Shown: one piece after another, positions 24,943 through 34,373 of the stretch | Layout: every line of letters starts with the position of its first letter | Numbering within the stretch: the stretch's first letter is position 1 | DNA from: a virus | Length of the DNA stretch: 64,000 nucleotides | Direction: 5' to 3' (one strand) | Virus record (IMG/VR): IMGVR_UViG_3300049911_000129 | Coordinates: 1 to 64,000 of that record | The notes under the pieces: generated by a model | What the model was told of the DNA's origin: nothing | The model's database searches: none | The model's input: the letters and a program-made list of their open reading frames with translations, nothing else | Position numbers and translations under genes: made by a program

Positions 24943-26655
24943 ATGGGCATCCCGATCAGGACAAGGGACGCGGTCTCGCAGCTGCCCTCGGCGACATCGG
25001 GGCTGCACGTCGAGTGGTTCTCCGACCCGTCCGACACCAATCCGTTTTTCTACATCGTCAACGAGTACGGCGTGTATGAGGCGTTCGGTATCAACGTCAC
25101 CGCGCTGCTTGGCCCTACGGGGCTCATTGACGACATCGACCCGGGCATCTCGGTTGTCGGACCGACCGGCACCGCAGGCCCACAGGGAAGCATCGGACCC
25201 ACCGGTACGGCCGGACCGCAGGGGAGTCTGGGACCGACCGGGACCGCAGGCCCGCAGGGATCGATCGGCCCGACCGGGACGGCCGGCCCCCAGGGCAGCG
25301 TCGGACCGACGGGCACGGCTGGCCCTCAGGGATCCATAGGCCCGACCGGGACCGCGGGACTGCAGGGGAGCCTGGGCCCGACCGGAACAGCTGGGGCACA
25401 GGGATCCATAGGACCGACCGGGACGGCCGGCCCCCAGGGGAGCCTGGGACCGACAGGCACAGCCGGACCGCAGGGGAGTATCGGACCGACCGGGACGGCC
25501 GGCCCTCAGGGCAGCGTAGGTCCTACGGGACCTGGCGTTGGCTCGATGGGCCCGACCGGGACCGCGGGACCGCAGGGATCCATAGGCCCGACCGGCACGG
25601 CCGGCCCCCAGGGCAGCATAGGGCCGACCGGAACCGCGGGTCCCCAGGGGAGCTTGGGCCCGACCGGGACCGCGGGGCCACAGGGCAGCGTCGGACCGAC
25701 CGGACCGCAGGGCACCATAGGCCCGAGCGGTGGTCCCCAGGGTTCCATGGGCCCGACTGGCACGGCCGGTCCGCAAGGATCGGTTGGACCTCAGGGCAGC
25801 GTTGGTCCGACCGGGACGGCGGGTCCCCAGGGCAGCGTCGGACCGACCGGGACCGCAGGCCCGCAGGGATCGATCGGCCCGACCGGGACGGCCGGCCCCC
25901 AGGGCAGCGTCGGACCGACGGGCACAGCCGGACCGCAGGGCAGCATAGGTCCTACAGGTCAGGGCACCGTTGGACCGACCGGAACCGCGGGTCCACAGGG
26001 TTCCATAGGCCCGACCGGGACCGCGGGTCCCCAGGGCAGCATCGGACCGACCGGGACCGCGGGACCGCAGGGCAGCGTAGGTCCTACGGGTAAGGGCGAT
26101 CCAGGACCGACCGGGACCGCGGGACCGCAGGGATCCATAGGCCCGACAGGGACCGCGGGGCCTCAGGGCACCATCGGCCCTACCGGCACGGCCGGGCCCC
26201 AGGGAAGCGTAGGCCCCACCGGCACGGCGGGTCCTCAGGGATCTGTCGGCCCGACCGGGACCGTAGGCCCGCAGGGCACCATAGGCCCAACAGGACCAGC
26301 AATCGGGCTCGGCGCCCAGGTGGACGTGGAGTTTGACGACGGAACGACGCAGCTTGCTGCGGCCGATGACCAGAACAACAGGGCGGTGGTCGTGGTTGCG
26401 GAGTGCATCGTGTCGTGCTCCGGCACGAACGACCACGCGACGTTCGAGGTCGGATGGCCGGCGGATTCGGACGCGGTCCTGTCCGCTGCTCAGATGGAAG
26501 CGGCAGGCGTCGGGGACATACTCATCGGGGCTGGTATGCTGCCAGCGACGGCGGTGCTCAGCGCGACTGTCACGGACGGCGGGACGCCCGACCAGGACGA
26601 CGGCGGGGAGTTCCTGTTCACCGTGCTGATCATGCCGCAGCTGCAGCTGAACTAG
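24943..26655 (+). CDS. Collagen-like fibre protein
   Basis: About 380 aa of G-X-Y repeats ([11 protein letters not shown][IVL]). Confidence 0.9.
   Translation: MGIPIRTRDAVSQLPSATSGLHVEWFSDPSDTNPFFYIVNEYGVYEAFGINVTALLGPTGLIDDIDPGISVVGPTGTAGPQGSIGPTGTAGPQGSLGPTGTAGPQGSIGPTGTAGPQGSVGPTGTAGPQGSIGPTGTAGLQGSLGPTGTAGAQGSIGPTGTAGPQGSLGPTGTAGPQGSIGPTGTAGPQGSVGPTGPGVGSMGPTGTAGPQGSIGPTGTAGPQGSIGPTGTAGPQGSLGPTGTAGPQGSVGPTGPQGTIGPSGGPQGSMGPTGTAGPQGSVGPQGSVGPTGTAGPQGSVGPTGTAGPQGSIGPTGTAGPQGSVGPTGTAGPQGSIGPTGQGTVGPTGTAGPQGSIGPTGTAGPQGSIGPTGTAGPQGSVGPTGKGDPGPTGTAGPQGSIGPTGTAGPQGTIGPTGTAGPQGSVGPTGTAGPQGSVGPTGTVGPQGTIGPTGPAIGLGAQVDVEFDDGTTQLAAADDQNNRAVVVVAECIVSCSGTNDHATFEVGWPADSDAVLSAAQMEAAGVGDILIGAGMLPATAVLSATVTDGGTPDQDDGGEFLFTVLIMPQLQLN
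25159..26298 (+). repeat. 36-bp (12-aa) tandem coding repeat
   Basis: [11 protein letters not shown][I/V/L] units with synonymous variation. Confidence 0.95.
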
Positions 26656-26770
26656 CGGACAACAGAATAGACGGTCGCGGGGAGGAAAACGGCCCCGGAC
26701 CCGGAACGTAACCTCGAGGGGGACGGACCTGGACCGGGTCGTCCCCCTTGCGCTTTGCGGGAAGTGAGAC

Positions 26771-27319
26771 ATGAGCGACGACGAGGACCAGCAGGGACAG
26801 GCGTCCAACAACAAGCTGTGGCGCGCGAGCGCGGAGAGCAGGGCCGAGACCGAGCGCCAGGACATAGACGACGCCAACGCCCATGACCAGGCGGTGATCG
26901 ATGCCAAGGACCGGGCGGATGACGTTGCTCAGGAGGAGCCGAGCGGACGGGTCTCGAACAGGGATCTGTGGCGGCTGAGCGCGGTCATGAACGACCGGTG
27001 CAGCGCCATTGATCACGGCCTGCAGTCTATGCTGGACCACGTCGACTCTGGGTTCGATGACCTGCGGGCCAATATGCGCGACCTGCGTGGGGTCGTGAAC
27101 GAGCAGCTGCACGCGCAGGATCAGCGGATCGCCGAGGGCCATGCGGAGGTCGACAAGCTGCGAGAGGTGATAGAGCCGATGCGCCGCGGGTGGGACATCA
27201 GGGTCGCGCTGCTGAAGGGCAGTTGGAAGCTTACCGGTGCGATGATCGGCGCGGCTGCCGTGATCAGTGGGCTAATTGTGCGGTTCGGGCCGCCCTGGTT
27301 TTGGCACTTCGGGATATAG
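26771..27319 (+). CDS. Coiled-coil protein with C-terminal TM helix
   Basis: Heptad-like middle region and hydrophobic C-terminus. Confidence 0.6.
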   Translation: MSDDEDQQGQASNNKLWRASAESRAETERQDIDDANAHDQAVIDAKDRADDVAQEEPSGRVSNRDLWRLSAVMNDRCSAIDHGLQSMLDHVDSGFDDLRANMRDLRGVVNEQLHAQDQRIAEGHAEVDKLREVIEPMRRGWDIRVALLKGSWKLTGAMIGAAAVISGLIVRFGPPWFWHFGI

Positions 27320-27723
27320 TCGCGGCGCTGCCCGATAGGGTCACGGGGATCATAGGCTCGTGGCGCTTCGTGTTGGGCGAGATCGGCCTTTTGATCATCT
27401 GGGCCGCGGTGAACGTCATCATGGTCGAGGGGCACAAGTGGGACCCGTACCCGTTTGTCCTCCTGAACCTGGTGTTCGGGTTGCAGGCCGCGCTCATTGG
27501 GCCGATTATCATGATGAGCCAGGCCAGGCAGGAGGCGAGGGACAAGCGGATCGCGAGCCTGGAGCTGCAGCTGACCAGGGACTTCGAGACGTTGACTACG
27601 CGGCTGCTCGACAAGCTCGAGGGCAACGAGGTCAAGCAGTCGATGATGGTGGGGCGCATGGAGGCGCTCCTCGTAGAGCTCGAGCTGAGACAGCGGGCAA
27701 TGGAGGAATCGGATGAGCGATAA
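27190..27723 (+). CDS. DUF1003-family membrane protein
   Basis: GSWRF..W..N..DPYPFVLLNL..QAA..PIIMMSQ.RQ..RD. True start is probably further downstream. Confidence 0.8.
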   Translation: MGHQGRAAEGQLEAYRCDDRRGCRDQWANCAVRAALVLALRDIVAALPDRVTGIIGSWRFVLGEIGLLIIWAAVNVIMVEGHKWDPYPFVLLNLVFGLQAALIGPIIMMSQARQEARDKRIASLELQLTRDFETLTTRLLDKLEGNEVKQSMMVGRMEALLVELELRQRAMEESDER

Positions 27724-28219
27724 GCCGACACAGGTCATCTACAGTACCCAGGACAGGACGGTCCGCGAGTGCGTGCAGGCGCTGCTCGGGCTCAAGGACA
27801 TCGAGATCCTGTCGAGCGCTGCGCGGGCGACCGTGGTTGCGCTGGCGGTCGAGGGCAACATTGTCCAGCTGGAGCACGCCGGCTTCGGGCAGCTGGAGCT
27901 GCTGCTTGACGTCACAAACGCCGACACGGACGCTGGCGATACGCTGGACGTCTTCGTTGACAGCTCGATAGACGGCGTCACGTGGGTGAACATCTGCCAC
28001 TTCACGCAGGTCGTCGGCACCGATGCCGCGACCAAGCTCGTGGCGATCATCCCGCGGACTGGCACTGGCGCGGTAGCTAACGTGACGTCGAACTTGGCGG
28101 CCGGCAACGTGCGGAACTTCATCGGATCCTGGCTGCGCTCCCGCGCGACGCGTGTGGAGGCCGCGGGTCTGGGCGCCATGTCGTTCACGTACTCGCTCAA
28201 GGCGTGCTTGAAGCCGTAG
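27713..28219 (+). CDS. Virion structural protein (beta-rich)
   Basis: LDV..TLDVFVDSSIDGVTW..FTQV..GSWLR pattern; structural context. Confidence 0.5.
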   Translation: MSDKPTQVIYSTQDRTVRECVQALLGLKDIEILSSAARATVVALAVEGNIVQLEHAGFGQLELLLDVTNADTDAGDTLDVFVDSSIDGVTWVNICHFTQVVGTDAATKLVAIIPRTGTGAVANVTSNLAAGNVRNFIGSWLRSRATRVEAAGLGAMSFTYSLKACLKP

Positions 28220-28230
28220 GGGGACGAGAG

Positions 28231-28488
28231 ATGCCTAAGCGCAGGCTGACGATACGCAGGGGCGGCGACGTCATCGCCGTCCTGACTGGTGAGCGCCTCG
28301 AGGTGACGGACATCGGGACGCTCGACGGCTCGATGGTGTACCAGCTCGTGTCGCTGGGCGTGCCGGTGTCGAGGGAGGACCCGGGCGTCCGGTACGAGTT
28401 CTGGCGCGTGCAGGTGGGCGACATGGACTTCGCCACGGCGCTGGCCGAGTACATCGGGCAGTACGGGTTGGAAGTGGAGGCAAGCTAG
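28231..28488 (+). CDS. Hypothetical protein
   Basis: ATG preceded by GGGGGACGAGAG, the same leader as at 30215. Confidence 0.55.
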   Translation: MPKRRLTIRRGGDVIAVLTGERLEVTDIGTLDGSMVYQLVSLGVPVSREDPGVRYEFWRVQVGDMDFATALAEYIGQYGLEVEAS

Positions 28489-29607
28489 GTGCAGAGGTTC
28501 GACTGCGTCTGGAAGTTCAACAGCACGACGGGGGTCTTCACCGACTACTCGGCGGTCGCAGGCCGCGGCGGCGCGGCAATCTCTGTGCAGGGGACGGACA
28601 AGCTGTACTTCGGGCACGGCGACTGGCTGAGCGGCATCCTCGCCATGGTGGACTCCTACGTCGCAGGCGTGCAGTACGTGGTGGAGCAGTGGGCCGGGGA
28701 CGGGTGGAAGGAGCTGCCGACGGCCGAGTCGTACACGGATCTCCCGATCGGCTTCGACGTCATCGAGCAGGCGTTCGACTTCACCGGCCACGGGGTCATG
28801 GAGTGGGGGCGCAGCAGGTTCAACTGGTTCGAGAAGGTGCCGGTGGACGACACGTGGCCCGAGGTCGGGCCGCCTCCGGCTCCGCCGGGCGCCGTGGTGC
28901 CGGACACGGAGTCGAGGTTCTGGGTGCGCATCCGGTTCCTGAGCGGCGGGCCGGTCGTGATAGACAGGCTCCTGCCGCTGCTGTTCAACACGTACGCGAC
29001 GTACTCCGGGCTCGCGTCGTTCATGAGCCTGCCGGAGTTCGACGAGCAGGTCCAGCCGACGGCCACCGAGGTACGGAAGATCATCCGCCGGCACGAGGAC
29101 TGGCTCGATTCCTACACGCGGCGCGCGTGGAGGCCGAGGTATGTCCGGAACGAGACGCAGGACTTCAACGCGTACGGGATACCGCTGAACCGCAGGCCCA
29201 TCCTGTTCGTGACGAGCGTCGGACTGTGGAACGGGTCGTCGTTCGTGCCGATGGTTCTGGGGCGGGACCAGGAGGCGTACGTCGACCGGTACCTGTCGAT
29301 GGTCTACCCGAACACGCCCAGCTTCCGGCTGCGCTACTACAGCTACCTGCTGTCGAAGTACCTGCGCCAGCCGCGGAGCTTCCAGGTGAGCTACGTCTAC
29401 GGCGAGGACTTCGAGCTGTCTGACACTGGGTCCACGGCCGAGGGCATCGTGCTGAGGCGCGCGGCGGCCGACCTGGTGACGAACGGCGACTGGTCGAAGT
29501 TCCTGACCAGCGGGTTGGATGTGCTACCGAAGCCGGAGAAGGTCAGGGAGTGGAGCGAGAAGGCGCAGGACGCGGCCGACAACCTGAGGGCCCTCTACAC
29601 GGCGTAA
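28489..29607 (+). CDS. Head-tail adaptor/connector with N-terminal extra domain
   Basis: C-terminal half TYAT..EVRKII..EDWLDSYT.RAW..VSYVYG resembles gp6/gp15-like adaptors; position fits. Confidence 0.6.
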   Translation: MQRFDCVWKFNSTTGVFTDYSAVAGRGGAAISVQGTDKLYFGHGDWLSGILAMVDSYVAGVQYVVEQWAGDGWKELPTAESYTDLPIGFDVIEQAFDFTGHGVMEWGRSRFNWFEKVPVDDTWPEVGPPPAPPGAVVPDTESRFWVRIRFLSGGPVVIDRLLPLLFNTYATYSGLASFMSLPEFDEQVQPTATEVRKIIRRHEDWLDSYTRRAWRPRYVRNETQDFNAYGIPLNRRPILFVTSVGLWNGSSFVPMVLGRDQEAYVDRYLSMVYPNTPSFRLRYYSYLLSKYLRQPRSFQVSYVYGEDFELSDTGSTAEGIVLRRAAADLVTNGDWSKFLTSGLDVLPKPEKVREWSEKAQDAADNLRALYTA

Positions 29608-29644
29608 GGGCTTCGCACGGGTGCAGAACGGGATAGGATAGAAG

Positions 29645-30202
29645 ATGATCGACAGGTATGGCCCGCCGGACCAGCAGATCCGCGGTGGGACCGTCACGAC
29701 CCATACGCCGTCGCTCGAGGGGTACGGCAACGAGCCGATACCCGACGAGATCGTGCGCGACCTACTCATGGATCAGTGGATAGAGTCCGAGGGGGCGCCG
29801 CGTCCCGTCATCGTTGTGCAGAACGACCAGATGCAGCAGGACATGCGGCGCAGCGACATCATCGCTGTCCACGTCGCGGACTATCGGACTGAGTTCGTCG
29901 GCCACAGGCACGAGCACGTCAGCCTCGAGATACCGGTCGACATCGAGATCAAGACGGTCAAGGATCGACAGCGCCTGTGGAACCTGTTCGCAGAGGTGCG
30001 GCGCATCATCTTCAAGAATATACTCGCGGTACGGCCCTACCAGTCCATCTACTTCGACGGGTTTAAGCCGGACTACGAGGGGCTGGCTAAGTTTCACACC
30101 GGAACCGTAAGCATCAGGTTGACGGCGGATATGCTGCCGTGGCACTCGATGGTGGTCGAGGACATGGAGAGCCCCAACGTCGACCCGGATGTGGTGCCAT
30201 AG
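29645..30202 (+). CDS. Putative tail terminator/completion protein
   Basis: Lies between adaptor and tail tube. Confidence 0.5.
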   Translation: MIDRYGPPDQQIRGGTVTTHTPSLEGYGNEPIPDEIVRDLLMDQWIESEGAPRPVIVVQNDQMQQDMRRSDIIAVHVADYRTEFVGHRHEHVSLEIPVDIEIKTVKDRQRLWNLFAEVRRIIFKNILAVRPYQSIYFDGFKPDYEGLAKFHTGTVSIRLTADMLPWHSMVVEDMESPNVDPDVVP

Positions 30203-30214
30203 GGGGGACGAGAG

Positions 30215-31258
30215 ATGACTACTATCTACAGGACCGAGCATTGCCTGGTACTGTTCTCGACCGAGGGTACGTGGGGCACGCGGGCGCAGCCCTCCAAGCG
30301 GTTCGGGATCCATGAGGCGGTAACCGTGCCGGACATGGAGAACGAGTGGTACCCGTTCTTCGGAGTGGCGTCCGGGAGGTCGCGGGACACTATCCTGCGC
30401 GGCCGGCTCGCCTTCCGCGGTGGGGTGCCGGACATCCGGCTCCAGTCCACTACCGACCTGAAGGCCCTGCTGGCGCTCATGCTCGGGCGCGTGTCCGGGA
30501 CCACGGTTCTCGAGGGGGTCGGGGCGAGCGACGAGCGCGTCCCGTCGATGACGCTGCAGGTCGCCATGCGCGACACGTCCGGCAACTACTCGTTCATCCG
30601 CGAGTTCTACGGCGGCAAGGTCGGGAGGGCGTCGCTAAAGGCGGCCGAGGGCGAGGAGCTGCGGCTCAGCCTCGACGACGTCATCTTCAAGGACATGGCG
30701 CACAACCGCTCGGGCGTCTCGAAGTACAACGCCGCGGTCATGCTCGGCACCGATCCGGGGGCGTCCGGGGCGCCGAGGTTCCTGTTCGCCGGCGCGACGA
30801 TACAGGCGGCCGGCGTGACGCTCGCGAAGGTCAAGCGGTTCAACCTGACCGTCGACAACCAGCTGGAGGCCAAGTACTACTTGAGCAAGGCCGCGGGCGA
30901 CCCGACCAACCTCACGCAGGTGCCCAACGACATCGTCGAGGGAAGGCGCGCCTACACGTTGGAGGTCGAGCTCGACGTGTCCAACATGGCCGACCTCGAG
31001 CTGTTCGACCTGCTGGTGAACCAGGGTGCGGCGGCTCCCGGCGGCGCCACGATCGGGTTCTCCGTGGTGATGCAGTTCCAGCTCTCCGAGGGCACGTCCG
31101 GGACGCTGACCATCGTATGCTCGACGGGCGCGACGTCTGCGCATCCGGGGGCCGTGATCAGGAGCGGCAAGATCAACGTCCCGCCACCGCCGACCGGGTA
31201 CTTCCCGAGCGTCTGGGCGATGGACGTGGACCACGTCATCATCACCACGCCGATATAG
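30215..31258 (+). CDS. Major tail tube protein
   Basis: STEGTWGT N-terminus, PSMTLQ, YGGKV, FNLTVDNQLE, EGRRAYT; precedes the chaperone and TMP. Confidence 0.7.
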   Translation: MTTIYRTEHCLVLFSTEGTWGTRAQPSKRFGIHEAVTVPDMENEWYPFFGVASGRSRDTILRGRLAFRGGVPDIRLQSTTDLKALLALMLGRVSGTTVLEGVGASDERVPSMTLQVAMRDTSGNYSFIREFYGGKVGRASLKAAEGEELRLSLDDVIFKDMAHNRSGVSKYNAAVMLGTDPGASGAPRFLFAGATIQAAGVTLAKVKRFNLTVDNQLEAKYYLSKAAGDPTNLTQVPNDIVEGRRAYTLEVELDVSNMADLELFDLLVNQGAAAPGGATIGFSVVMQFQLSEGTSGTLTIVCSTGATSAHPGAVIRSGKINVPPPPTGYFPSVWAMDVDHVIITTPI

Positions 31259-31270
31259 CGGGGAGGCGAC

Positions 31271-31414
31271 ATGCCGACGCCGACATTGACACCAACGCGG
31301 ACGCCCACGCTGGCGCCCGGGCAGGAACCCGACAGGGAGCCCTACTACCAGCCCGAGCGGCTCTGCCCGGCGCAGAAGCAGGAGGGCGGGTGGAGGGCCC
31401 GACCGCGCGGGTAG
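31271..31414 (+). CDS. Small hypothetical protein (47 aa, MPTPTLTPTRTPTLAPGQEP...)
   Basis: GGGAGG RBS; fills the gap. Confidence 0.45.
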   Translation: MPTPTLTPTRTPTLAPGQEPDREPYYQPERLCPAQKQEGGWRARPRG

Positions 31415-31488
31415 AATCACCCGCGCATTCCGACAAGTGTAGGTAAGTCCCGGCGCACTCCGTAGGCGCGGGGGAAAGGAGGCACACG

Positions 31489-31893
31489 GTGCCCACAACG
31501 AAGAAGGATAGGATAGCAGCGACGCTGGCGGTCCTAGAGGCCGGCCAGCTGACGAAGGAGCTCGAGATCAGGATCACCGATGACCCTGACGAGGAGCCGC
31601 TGGTATTCCGCTACAAGCCACTCGGGTGGCTGGCGAAGTCCAGGGCCGTCTCCGCGGCGTCGGAGTTCGCGGCCAGGCAGAAGGGGGACAGCGGGGAGTA
31701 CGAGGTCAGCACGATCTTCCACCTCGACATCTACAAGGTGGTCGCGCTGCGGGCGATGCTCGTGGACCCGCCGATCCCGCTGGACGACAAGGTCCTCGAG
31801 AACATGCCGCCCGAGATCGGCGAGCAGTTCGACACGATCATACCGGACCCGTTCACGGTCCCGGCGAAGGCGGCCGCCATAAAAAAAGGGTAA
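31489..31893 (+). CDS. Tail assembly chaperone (gpG-like)
   Basis: Between tail tube and TMP; ends in ATA AAA AAA GGG TAA. Confidence 0.75.
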   Translation: MPTTKKDRIAATLAVLEAGQLTKELEIRITDDPDEEPLVFRYKPLGWLAKSRAVSAASEFAARQKGDSGEYEVSTIFHLDIYKVVALRAMLVDPPIPLDDKVLENMPPEIGEQFDTIIPDPFTVPAKAAAIKKG

Positions 31894-32090
31894 GCGGGCT
31901 CCTCCGCGGGGTGCGGACGCAGGAGCGTAGCGACGAGGACCTCGTGCGGGCCCACGTCGAGTTCACCCTCTTGAAGGCCGGCCTCCCATGGGAGGTGCTC
32001 GCGGCAGTCGACGAGGTCCGTCTGCTTGAGTACTACGCGATAGCGCTCACGGAGCGCGAGCTCGAGCGGGAGGCGGTACTCGGGGGATAG
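31881..32090 (+). other. -1 programmed frameshift site and gpGT-like extension
   Basis: A7G slippery run at 31881-31888. The -1 frame stays open to 32090 (KKRVSGLL...AVLGG*). Confidence 0.75.
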
Positions 32091-32099
32091 GGAAGTAGT

Positions 32100-33299
32100 G
32101 TGACTACCGGGAACCAGGAAGTAGTCTTCCGAATGGTGCTGGACGCGTCCGACCTGCAGCGGGTCATGGCTGCGGGCGGCGTTGCCATGCCAGGCGGCGG
32201 GGTCGGTGGGCATCCTGCAGGCGGCGGCGGGACTGGCGTGATGGTTCGGCCGGACCCGTCGTTCATGTCCATCTTCAAGCCGCTCGCCGCGATGGAGATC
32301 ATAAAGGTCGGCATCAGCGAGCTGGTCCGGAGCAGCCAGGTCGTCGGGTCGTACGTGGACGCCTACCGCCGCATCTTCGGCGCGTTCGCCGACCTCATCA
32401 TGGCGGCGCTGTCGCCGTTCCTCAACGTCGGCATGCTCTTCATGACGACCATCTTGCAGTCGCTGATCCAGAGCGGCCTCTTCCAGAAGCTGCTGCTGTG
32501 GAGCCAGAGCCTGGCCAAGGACATGTCCAAGTGGATCAATGACCATGCGCCGCAGATCGAGGCGTTCGTCAAGAACGTGGTCGAGAGGACGGGCGACGTC
32601 TTCCGCATCATCGGCGACGTGGGCGGGTGGATCATCGACAAGTTCACCGACGTGACGGGCTGGCTCGACAACCACCTCGGCGGGTTCGGCAGCTTCGCCG
32701 CGGACGCGCTGCGGATCCTCGCGGTGATCGCCGCCGCGGTCGTCATCGGCAAGGGCATAAGCGCGGTGGTCCCGGGCATGGGCATGCTCGGTATGGGATG
32801 GGGCGCAGGGGGCGCAGGGCTGAGCCTCGGCAAGGGGCTGATGAGCATGGCGACCATGGGCCCCGGCGGCGTCGGTCCGCTCGGCGCACTCGGAACGGCC
32901 GGCCTCGGCATCGGGGGCGGCCTCCTGGCTGGCTACGGGCTGGAGAAGGCGGGGGCGCCTAACTGGGCACAGAACGCGGCGCGGGCAGGCCTGATGGGCG
33001 CCGGCATCGGCGGGATGTTCGGCCCGGAAGGCGCGCTGATCGGCGGCGGCCTAGGCCTGGGCATGGCCGGGCTGGAGGCGGCCGGCGTCCCGATCGACAA
33101 GATCCCCGGCTTGGGCAAGCTGTTCAAGCCGCCCGGCGGCGGGGGTGGCGGCGGGGGCGGCGACACGAACGTCCAGAACTCGGGCAACATCGTGAACCTG
33201 AACGTCGACGTCAGCGGCATGAAGGACCCGGAGGGCGCCGCCAAGCAGATGATCGAGGAAGCGAACAGGAACCTTGGATACCAGATGGGTCGCGGATAG
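32100..33299 (+). CDS. Tape measure protein (short, 399 aa)
   Basis: Follows the G/GT pair; helical Trp-periodic segment then Gly/Ala/Leu-rich hydrophobic region. Confidence 0.65.
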   Translation: MTTGNQEVVFRMVLDASDLQRVMAAGGVAMPGGGVGGHPAGGGGTGVMVRPDPSFMSIFKPLAAMEIIKVGISELVRSSQVVGSYVDAYRRIFGAFADLIMAALSPFLNVGMLFMTTILQSLIQSGLFQKLLLWSQSLAKDMSKWINDHAPQIEAFVKNVVERTGDVFRIIGDVGGWIIDKFTDVTGWLDNHLGGFGSFAADALRILAVIAAAVVIGKGISAVVPGMGMLGMGWGAGGAGLSLGKGLMSMATMGPGGVGPLGALGTAGLGIGGGLLAGYGLEKAGAPNWAQNAARAGLMGAGIGGMFGPEGALIGGGLGLGMAGLEAAGVPIDKIPGLGKLFKPPGGGGGGGGGDTNVQNSGNIVNLNVDVSGMKDPEGAAKQMIEEANRNLGYQMGRG

Positions 33300-33864
33300 G
33301 CTCGTCGGCATCGACGAAGTCGGGCGCGGCTCGCTCGCGGGGCCGGTTGTGGCCGCCGCGGTACTGTACGATCCCCTTGTCGAGGGGCTGCCGTGGAGCT
33401 CCGGGATCCGGGACTCGAAGACCCTGACACGGAAGGCCATAGAGCGCGCGGGCGCGAAGATAGTCGAGGCCATGCCGTACGGGATAGGCCAGTCAAGCGC
33501 GGCGGAGATTGACCAGTTCGGCATCACGCGCGCCACGGTGCTCGCCATGGAGCGTGCGCTGGAGAGGCTATACGAGCGTGCGCCGGAGGCCAGGAGGGTC
33601 ACAGTCGTGGTCGATGGCAACTCGCAGATGGGTCACGCGTGGCTGGCGGTTGTCAAGGGCGACGCCAGGGTCAGGGGCGTGTCGGCGGCGTCCATCGTCG
33701 CCAAGGACGCCAGGGATCGGCTGATGCGCGGACCGGTGGCGGCGCGGTTTCCGCTCTACGGGTTCGAGAGCCACGTCGGGTACGGCACCAGGCGGCATAT
33801 GGCGGCCATCAGGGAGCACGGGCCATGCGAGGAGCACAGGACGACGTTCAAGGGGGTGAGGTAG
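33274..33864 (+). CDS. rnhB: Ribonuclease HII
   Basis: GIDEVGRGSLAGPVVAAAV, DSK, VDGN, VKGD, AASIVAK, YGF..H.GYGT..H, GP..HR.TF. Confidence 0.95.
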   Translation: MDTRWVADRLVGIDEVGRGSLAGPVVAAAVLYDPLVEGLPWSSGIRDSKTLTRKAIERAGAKIVEAMPYGIGQSSAAEIDQFGITRATVLAMERALERLYERAPEARRVTVVVDGNSQMGHAWLAVVKGDARVRGVSAASIVAKDARDRLMRGPVAARFPLYGFESHVGYGTRRHMAAIREHGPCEEHRTTFKGVR

Positions 33865-33865
33865 C

Positions 33866-34372
33866 GTGACCGACATCGACGGGGTCTATATCAAGCTCGT
33901 GAACACGGGCAAGTCGGAGGTCGAGGGCTTTTCGCTCGCGGTCGACACGGTGCAGCACACTATCACGCGTAACCCGATCGTCTTCCCGATCCCGGGCGTG
34001 AACTTCGGGACGACGGGGCAGCCCATGATCTTCGGCCTCGACTTCGGGATGATGAGCGAGACCATCACCTTCAGCGGCGTCCTCAAGGACAACGACGACG
34101 CGCCGGACCGTCCGAACCATCAGGAGCTGGCGGCGGCCGCGCGGACATGGTGGCGCTACCTGAACGTGACGTGCGGCGACGCGCAATCGACGAACGTGAA
34201 CAAGATCCTCGTGAAGGAGGGTCCGGGCCACGGGACCTGGATATACGGTGGCATCATACAGTCGGCGACATTCACGCGCGAGGGCGGCAAGACCTACTGG
34301 ACGTACAGGCTGACGTTCCAGATCGTGCAGCCGCCGTCGGTGGATCCGGCCTGGGAGGGGCCGAGCTGGTAG
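33866..34372 (+). CDS. Putative distal tail (Dit-like) protein
   Basis: Position after the TMP; LDFGMMSETITFSG and terminal YRLTF strand pattern. Confidence 0.5.
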   Translation: MTDIDGVYIKLVNTGKSEVEGFSLAVDTVQHTITRNPIVFPIPGVNFGTTGQPMIFGLDFGMMSETITFSGVLKDNDDAPDRPNHQELAAAARTWWRYLNVTCGDAQSTNVNKILVKEGPGHGTWIYGGIIQSATFTREGGKTYWTYRLTFQIVQPPSVDPAWEGPSW

Positions 34373-34373
34373 C

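Noticed and set aside
25159-26298. 36-bp periodic repeat as a CRISPR array
   Set aside because: There are no unique spacers, and variation is at synonymous positions of an in-frame collagen repeat.
31307-31330. TLAPGQEP in the 47-aa ORF as a ninth tag copy
   Set aside because: Only the first third resembles the motif; the GVxV and GxRGG parts are absent.
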